Source of the DNA: Octopus sinensis
Lineage: Eukaryota
Length of the DNA: 32,254 bases
Direction: 5' to 3'
Assembly: GCF_006345805.1 (NCBI RefSeq)
Contig: NW_021829661.1
Coordinates: 1-32,254 of the forward strand
Shown: piece after piece, positions 25,500 through 32,254 of the stretch
How the letters are laid out: each line of letters begins with the position of its first letter
Numbering within the stretch: position 1 is the stretch's first letter
Made by a program: the position numbers and the translations under genes
The notes under the pieces: generated by a model
Seen by the model: the letters and a program-made list of their open reading frames with translations, nothing else
Databases searched by the model: none
What the model was told of the DNA's origin: nothing

Positions 25500-26004
25500 T
25501 TAATAATAATACTTAGACCAACAACAGCAATAAGAATAGTGACAAGGATATCAATATAATAATAACAGCAACAAGAACAATAATAATTTCTATAATATAA
25601 TAATAATAATAATAAAATAAAATAATACTAATAATAAATAATAAATAATAATAAAATAATAGATAATAATATAAGAAGAAGAAAGAAGAAGAAGAAGAAG
25701 AAGAAGAAGAAGAAGAAGAAGAAGAAGAAGAAGAAGAAGAAGAAGAATCCCTTCTACTTGTAATCACAAGGCCTGGAATTTATGGGGAGGGGTAAATCCT
25801 TAACATTGGCCACAGTACTCAACAGGCACATTTTATAGACCCCGAAATGATGAAAGGCAAAGTAGACATGGGCGGAATTTGAACGTAAAGACGGACGAAA
25901 TGCTGCTAAGCATTTTTCCCGGCGTGCCAACGATTCTGCCAGCTCAACGCCTCAATAATAATAATAATAATAATAGCAATAGTAATAATAATAATAATAA
26001 TAAC

Positions 26005-26039
<35 letters not shown>

Positions 26040-26200
26040 TAATAAAAAAAAAATAATAATATAGGTAACAATAATAATGATAATAATAATAATAATGAAG
26101 GGAAAAATTAAGAAAAAAGAGAATTGGCAAACAAAAATCAAAATACGAATACAAAATTTGTTTGAAAAACAATTATACAACAACAACAACAGCAGCAGCA
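25430..26200. repeat. (GAT)n, (AAT)n, (GAA)n and (AAT)n arrays around a SINE
   Basis: Directly visible; (GAA)n at 25674-25746. Confidence 0.9.
25763..25953 (-). mobile_element. Family A-related SINE
   Basis: CACAAGGCCTGGAATTT tail..GATGAAAGGCAAAGTAGAC..CGGCGTGCCAACGATTCTGCCAGCTC head. Confidence 0.75.
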
Positions 26201-26412
26201 GTAGCAGAAAGATTATTTTACATTTTTGTTGTAGAAGAGAGAAATATCAATATATTGGAAAAGTGAACAGTTTCTCACCAAAAAACCGAAAATTTTACAT
26301 ATATATACATAGACATAAACACGTATAAATATATATAAATATGTATGTATGTATAACTATGTACAGAGATACATATATAAAAGCATTTATAGATCTACCT
26401 ATATATGCATAC

Positions 26413-26458
<46 letters not shown>

Positions 26459-27307
26459 ATATATATGTATGTATATATATGTGGGTATATATGTGTGTGT
26501 GTGGATGTATATACGTATGTATAAGTATATAAACGTGTAGCGTTTATTAAATATCAGTAGCAGAATATACGAGGAAGCAACAGAGTGAATAAGTAAGATT
26601 AACTGAGAATACTTCTAAGTAGTAGAAAAATATTCACACTGGGAAATAAGTAAATAAATAAATAAAATTCATGCAGAGACAGAAGATGGTAAATTCTTTT
26701 CTTGAAAATAATTCTTTATTCTTCAATTTTATTTATTTATATTTTTTTTTACACTTTTGTATGTGTGTGGATATTTATGTGTTTTTTTTTTTTTTTCGCT
26801 ATTTTTCAGTTGAAAATTTGAAATTTACAAAATAATTTTGTTTTCTGTCGTTTCGTTTCGGGTTTTTTTTTTAGTCTATTCTTTTTTTTTTCGCATTTAA
26901 TTTTTTGGGGGTGTTTTTAAGTTATCCAATAAACATAAGAAATACACCGCCAATTAAAATTCAATCACAAAACGAATATCGGTAAATAATAAAATAAAAA
27001 TTGATTGCTCTTTGTTTATTTTGTTATTTTTGTTTCTGATTTCGAATATCATTTTTAATTATGGGATGTTTTACATTTTATATTCTTCCAGACTTATAAA
27101 ATCGATCGAATTGATATCACAACGTCTCATCGGCTGGTTTTATGAAACGGAGGGTATGGAGAAGTGATGGCCCTAATTTGCCGGAGCATAAAATGTTGGC
27201 AGAGGTGATGTTTCTTTCACTCAGACGACATGACGAAAATAAACTACATATGGTCACTTGATTAAAAAAAATAGCAGCAAATTTTTCCTGTATGTAAATT
27301 CTTCCTG

Positions 27308-27349
<42 letters not shown>

Positions 27350-27357
27350 TATAGTTC

Positions 27358-27563
27358 ATCCAAACATGAAAACTCATAGAGAAAACACAACAACGCGAGG
27401 ACGTGGAACAAGTATAATGTTATTAGACGCTTAGAAAAGGAAAGAAAGAAGAAGTATTCAAACGTTTCGAGCGGAGCTCTTCGTCAGAAACATAGGAAAA
27501 GGAAAGATCCAAGGAAGGGATGACGGAGGAAAAAAAATCGCCAACGATACACACGCGGTCACA
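27358..27563 (-). mobile_element. Putative Penelope-like pLTR fragment between (TA)n arrays
   Basis: About 200-bp complex island flanked by (TA)n on both sides and carrying the minimal hammerhead at 27454-27494. Confidence 0.55.
27454..27494 (-). ncRNA. Minimal PLE-type hammerhead motif
   Basis: Minus strand: UAUGUUU CUGACGA A GAGC-UCC-GCUC GAAACGUU UGAAUAC. Core boxes intact, 4-bp stem II, palindromic AACGUU in place of stem III as in Penelope pLTR hammerheads; stem I imperfect. Confidence 0.7.
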
Positions 27564-27584
27564 TTTATATATATATATGCGTAT

Positions 27585-27591
27585 GTGTGTA

Positions 27592-27622
<31 letters not shown>

Positions 27623-27790
27623 CTTTGTGTCTGCGTTTGTCCAACTCCCACTTCATTACCGCTTGATAACCGGCGTTGGTGTGTTTACATTAGTGGCTCG
27701 GAAAAAGAGAGCCATTGTATAAGTACAAGGCTTCGACCAAAACCCTCTAAGGCAGTGCTCCTGAATGAAACGAGTGAATGAAACAAGAAC
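27585..27790 (+). mobile_element. Family B 3' half
   Basis: (TG)n followed by GCTTGATAACCGGCGTTGGTGTGTTTACAT..ATAAGTACAAGGCTT..AAGGCAGTGCTCC..TGAAACAAG. Confidence 0.7.
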
Positions 27791-28016
27791 AGAAGAATAC
27801 CGCGGATTTCTATTCAGTTTAGTGTATATCCGCAACACCATTAAACGTTTTTCCCTTTTCTCTCTAGATCGGACGCCACAAATCTTGTCTAAATATACAT
27901 TTTGCTGCGAGAACAATTCATTGAAAAGAACAAAGGAGGCTGAAATGGTCGGGTGGTCGACGACTAAACAGATTCCCTTATTTGGAATTCCAAGAGAAGA
28001 TGGTAATAACGACATA

Positions 28017-28249
28017 AGGCAGCGTGCTGGCAGAATCGTTAGCACGTCGGGCTAAATGTGTAGCCATATTTCGTCTGCCGTTACGTTCTGAGTTCAAATT
28101 CCGCCGAGGTCGACTTTGCTTTTCATCCTTTCGGGGTCGATTAAATAAGTACCATTTACGCATTGGGGTCGATATAATCGACTTAATCCGTTTGTCTGTT
28201 CTTGTTTGTCCTCTCTGTGTTTAGCCCCTTGTGGGTAGTAAAGAAATAG
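28017..28249 (+). mobile_element. SINE family A, full-length
   Basis: Colinear with 4036-4257; ends in GTAGTAAAGAAATA. Confidence 0.88.
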
Positions 28250-28586
28250 GTAGTCGTGATACTCTACAGGAATAGAAGGGCGGATGAGCTTATTTTGAGT
28301 CAACGGCCAACCACATGAGCTGTTTCATAAAAATGACCTGCACACGAGCTGATGGGGTTGTCAAACCGTGCAACTCGCCCAAGACTGTAACCAGGATAAC
28401 TACAATGAAATACATTCATTGATCTCGAGTTGGAATGTAAAGCGAGAAGAGTCCAAGAAATGTATTGACAAACAGGGACTGGATCTCCGAAAATAATTTC
28501 GGCTGTACTGTATTGATGATTCAACTATGAAAACTGAAAGTAGTCTCCCTTACAAACTGCAAAATACATTTTATATGTCGCTAACT

Positions 28587-28784
28587 GCAGGAGTGGCTGT
28601 GTGGTAAGTAGCTTGCTTACGAACTACATGGTTCCGGGTTCAGTCCCACTGCGTGGCACCTTCGGCAAGTGTCTTCTACTATAGCCTAGGGCCAACGAAA
28701 GCCTTGTGAGTGGATTTGGTAGACGGAAACTGAAAGAACCCACGTCGTATGTATATATATGTGTGTGTGTGTATGTGTGTGTGT

Positions 28785-28824
<40 letters not shown>

Positions 28825-29044
28825 GTGTGTGTGTGTGTTTGTGTGTGTGTGTTTCCCCCCAACATCGCTTGACAACCGATGCTGGTATTTTTACGTCCCC
28901 GTAACTTAGAGGTTCGGCAAAAAAGAGCGATAGAATAAGTACTAGGCTTACAAAGAATAAATCCTGGGGTCGATGTGCTCGACTGAAGGCGGTGCTCCTG
29001 CATGGCCACAGTCAAATGACTGAAACAAATATGAGAATAAAAGC
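28587..29044 (+). mobile_element. SINE family B with internal (TG)n
   Basis: Colinear with 10165-10691. Confidence 0.88.
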
Positions 29045-29338
29045 ATAATACTGCGAATACCTTACGTACAGCGGTACAAAATTTCATCACTGTGTCCGAA
29101 TGAACCAATAAGAATAACGAGTCGTAGCTAGAGCTACGGTATATGAAACAAGGCAACAATATGTTACGAACGAAATTAAAAGAAAAGAAAGAATGAATTA
29201 TTTATACGACGGCGATAAAAAACAATAACTATAATATCAAAATATCTCTGCTTTTCAGCAATAAAATAATATCGTGTTCTTGTGAGGAAATAAAACTCTT
29301 AGCGTGTTCCGCAAAATGTACTTTAAAAATATACCAGT

Positions 29339-29352
29339 ATATACAAGCATAT

Positions 29353-29434
<82 letters not shown>

Positions 29435-29639
29435 AATATATATATATACATATATAAATACATATATATATATATATAAATACATATAATATATTATAAT
29501 ATATATATATAATATATAAATATATATATATATGTGTGTGTGTGTATGTGTGTGTATGTATATATATATATGTATATAATATATATATATATATATAGTA
29601 TATACTATTGTATATTATATATGTATAATATATATATAA

Positions 29640-29670
<31 letters not shown>

Positions 29671-29729
29671 ATAATATATATATATTTTATATTATATATA
29701 TATATATATATATAATAATATATATTATA

Positions 29730-29782
<53 letters not shown>

Positions 29783-29919
29783 TATATAATATAATATATA
29801 TATATATATATTATATATATATATGTATGTATTCCACCTGCCTTCGTCTTTTGTTTATTTCCGTAAACCTGCCTTCGTCTTTTGTGTCTATTTTCATAAA
29901 GCTTCCCGTTATATATATC

Positions 29920-29950
<31 letters not shown>

Positions 29951-29962
29951 ATATAATATATA
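29339..29962. repeat. Long imperfect (TA)n array with an 80-bp complex island
   Basis: Directly visible. Confidence 0.95.
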
Positions 29963-30623
29963 AATGTCGGTGTGTAAGACATCAACAATAACAGGTAAAC
30001 GTAAATTGTTCGGGAGAAAAAAAAATTGGCGAGAATCAAAACGATGACTTAAATATTTACTCTGAACAGAGCCTGCAAGATTTCTTTAAGATACATGGCG
30101 TGTGTTTTTAAATATGCCTGTTCAAGTATCATAATAGCATGAAGCTATCAGTAACTCATTCGGCTGTGTATTTAATTTCACACACACACACACACAAACA
30201 CACATACACACACATACACACACACATATATATATATATATCACCGTGACCGTGATCACCGTGACCGACCAGTCTATCAGATGTTGATACACATCGCTAG
30301 TCACGATGCGCTTCGCAAAGTTTTAGCCTCGAATTTGTTTTAGGTCTGTCTTAGTTTCAAAAGAATACGATAAGTAATTTGAAGGCTGTTTGGCTATGAT
30401 TTCTTGCTTATCCTATTTATATGTATAATGACACGCTGACGGATTTGAACGAACTTTTGCACTGATTTCGTGAATCTCGCAACCGCATATATAGTAATAT
30501 GATCTCATTTGAGGGAAATTTAGCTATGATCTATTGCAGGTTGCACTTGGAGATATGTCAATACGATAAACAATTTATACGAGGTTTTGCTATGATTTCT
30601 TGCAAATCGTACCCATCAATATA

Positions 30624-30854
30624 TATTTCTTTATTGCCCACATGAGGCTAAACAGAGAGGGGACAAACAAGTACAGACAAAGGGATTAATTCGATTGCAT
30701 CGACCCCAGTGCGTGACAAGTACTTAATTTATCGACCCGAAATGATGAAAAGCAAAGTTGACCTCGGCGGAATTTGAACTCACAACGTAACGGTGGACGA
30801 AATACTGATACGCATTTCGCCTGGAGTGCTAACGTTTCTGCCAGTTCGCCGCCT
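30624..30854 (-). mobile_element. SINE family A, full-length, older
   Basis: Colinear with family A; diverged TSD GTACCCATCAATATA (30609-30623) and GTACCCGTTAATATA (30855-30869), 13/15 identical. Confidence 0.85.
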
Positions 30855-31469
30855 GTACCCGTTAATATAACCATGCGATTATTGATATGGGGAAGGTTTG
30901 TCTATAAGCTGTTGCAGATCGTACCGACAAATAAAGATTTCCTCCTAATCACCGCATTCTTCGATTTTCAGGACAGGAGAGTACGATCCGATTGTGATTG
31001 GACGGCTATCTTTAGCAGTTCGATCAATGCCGCATGGACTCACCACCACGTTTTCATGTTTTGCAGCAACAATGGAAAAATATATTCGGTGGCTGTTGAA
31101 ATGTGAACAAGAAATATGATGATGTCTAGATTCATATTAAAACACTAAAGAAGCGTTGTATCTCTGCTGCTGGAAAATTATATAATTGTCTGCAAATATA
31201 ATCTGAAAATTGATAGGAAAACAAACATTATTAAATATGATTGCAAAATATGGCTTGGAGATATTGCGGGTTAATGGCTATACCTCCAATATTTGATAAT
31301 AATTTCTGTATGACCAGACGTAATTAATTGTGTAAATCTAAAATAACAAACATATGTTTAAAGCAACAAAGACGGGTTCTCCGTCATTCTCGACGAGGAG
31401 AATTCAATTGCTCGGCCAACGTAATTCCTATGCCTGCAAGGAATATTTAAATAGCTGAGTAGCTTGGTT

Positions 31470-31882
31470 CTCCGTCTGTGGCGACGACGACTGTTCCAGG
31501 TGATTCGATCAACGGAACAAACAGTCTGCTCATGAAATTAAGTTACAAGTTTCAGAGAGCAGCAAAATCCTGTTGTACAACTAACGTACTTCTCAGGAAG
31601 ATTCAATAGGACAAAGAGACAATGCTAACCGTTTGAATTACAGGTATAGATAATATTTTTAATTACAGGTACAGATTATACTTTATATTACGTTATATTA
31701 TATTATATTATATTACATTACATTATATTATGCAAGCATAGCTTATATTTTGCCAGCTGCGTTAATTGGAACAACAAGAAATAAAATGTTTTGGTGAAGG
31801 ATAAAACTTGCTGCCGAGAATCGAACTCACGACCGCACGATCGTGATCCGTGTGCCCATAACCACTACGCCACGGGGCTTCA
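31470..31882 (-). mobile_element. Old CORE-like SINE (family C, tail variant 3) interrupted by (TATTA)n
   Basis: Minus-strand head TGGCGTAGTGG..GAGTTCGATTCTC; tail similar to 2673-2857. Confidence 0.65.
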
Positions 31883-31955
31883 CGAATCACTGAGAATTCG
31901 AACTATAGGCGCATACTTAACGTAACTGTCAGGCCTAGTCAGCATCATATCATGC

Positions 31956-32254
31956 GTAAGAAGCTCAGGCTTGTGTAGAGTGAAGTATTGCAAAGATAAA
32001 ACACTATACAAGAAATTGAAAACGAATGAAACTGAAAATGGGCGGGGAAAGAAAAGTATGCATGGACAATTTCATAGTGATATTAAAAATAAGAGAGACA
32101 GAGAAAAATGACGACTGTAGATGGCTAAAAGTGATTTAAAACAGGAAACGGAGGATCTAATCTGAGCTGCCCAAGAGCAAGCACTAAGAACAAACTACAT
32201 AAAATACAGAATAGACAACACAGTAGAAAGTGATAAGTGCAGTCTCTGTGGACA
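31956..32254 (+). mobile_element. Decayed non-LTR retrotransposon ORF fragment, R4/Dong-like (RLE class), running off the window end
   Basis: One frame reads ..KKSMHGQFHSDI..EK*RL*MAKSDLKQETEDLI*AAQEQALRTNYIKYRIDNTVESDKCSLCG. MHGQF, LK.ETE.LI.AAQ.QAL.T and the start of the CxxC zinc knuckle are characteristic; three in-frame stops. Confidence 0.8.

Noticed and set aside
28390-28495. Peptide LISSWNVK resembling the start of an APE endonuclease
   Set aside because: Single short motif; downstream QE and other APE motifs not found.
30241-30330. Short CACCGTGA repeats followed by complex sequence, possibly a LINE 3' end on minus
   Set aside because: Too short and single-copy in this window to classify.
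30964-31120. Candidate exon after TTTTCAG (also after CTACAG at 1541)
   Set aside because: No recognisable protein similarity or convincing donor site; cannot be supported without transcript data.

Overview
AT-rich eukaryotic non-coding DNA (intronic or intergenic) with no credible host protein-coding exon; nearly all supplied ORFs are microsatellite or SINE read-throughs. The repeat content matches my recollection of octopus (cephalopod) genomic DNA, which is an inference not checked against a database. The window holds at least three tRNA-derived SINE groups (about 30 copies or fragments, several with clear target-site duplications), dense microsatellites, a decayed Penelope-like (PLE) GIY-YIG fragment (12790-13420) and a decayed R4/Dong-type LINE fragment at the right edge. 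The most notable hidden signal is RNA structure. A complete, canonical type I hammerhead ribozyme lies on the minus strand at 21556-21630, with a second near-complete hammerhead 264 nt downstream on the same strand. Several minimal PLE-type hammerhead cores sit in islands next to (TA)n arrays, almost all on the minus strand. Also notable are a 114-bp near-perfect palindrome nested in a SINE, an inverted SINE pair with overlapping TSDs, and a SINE tandem junction that recurs identically at two loci.
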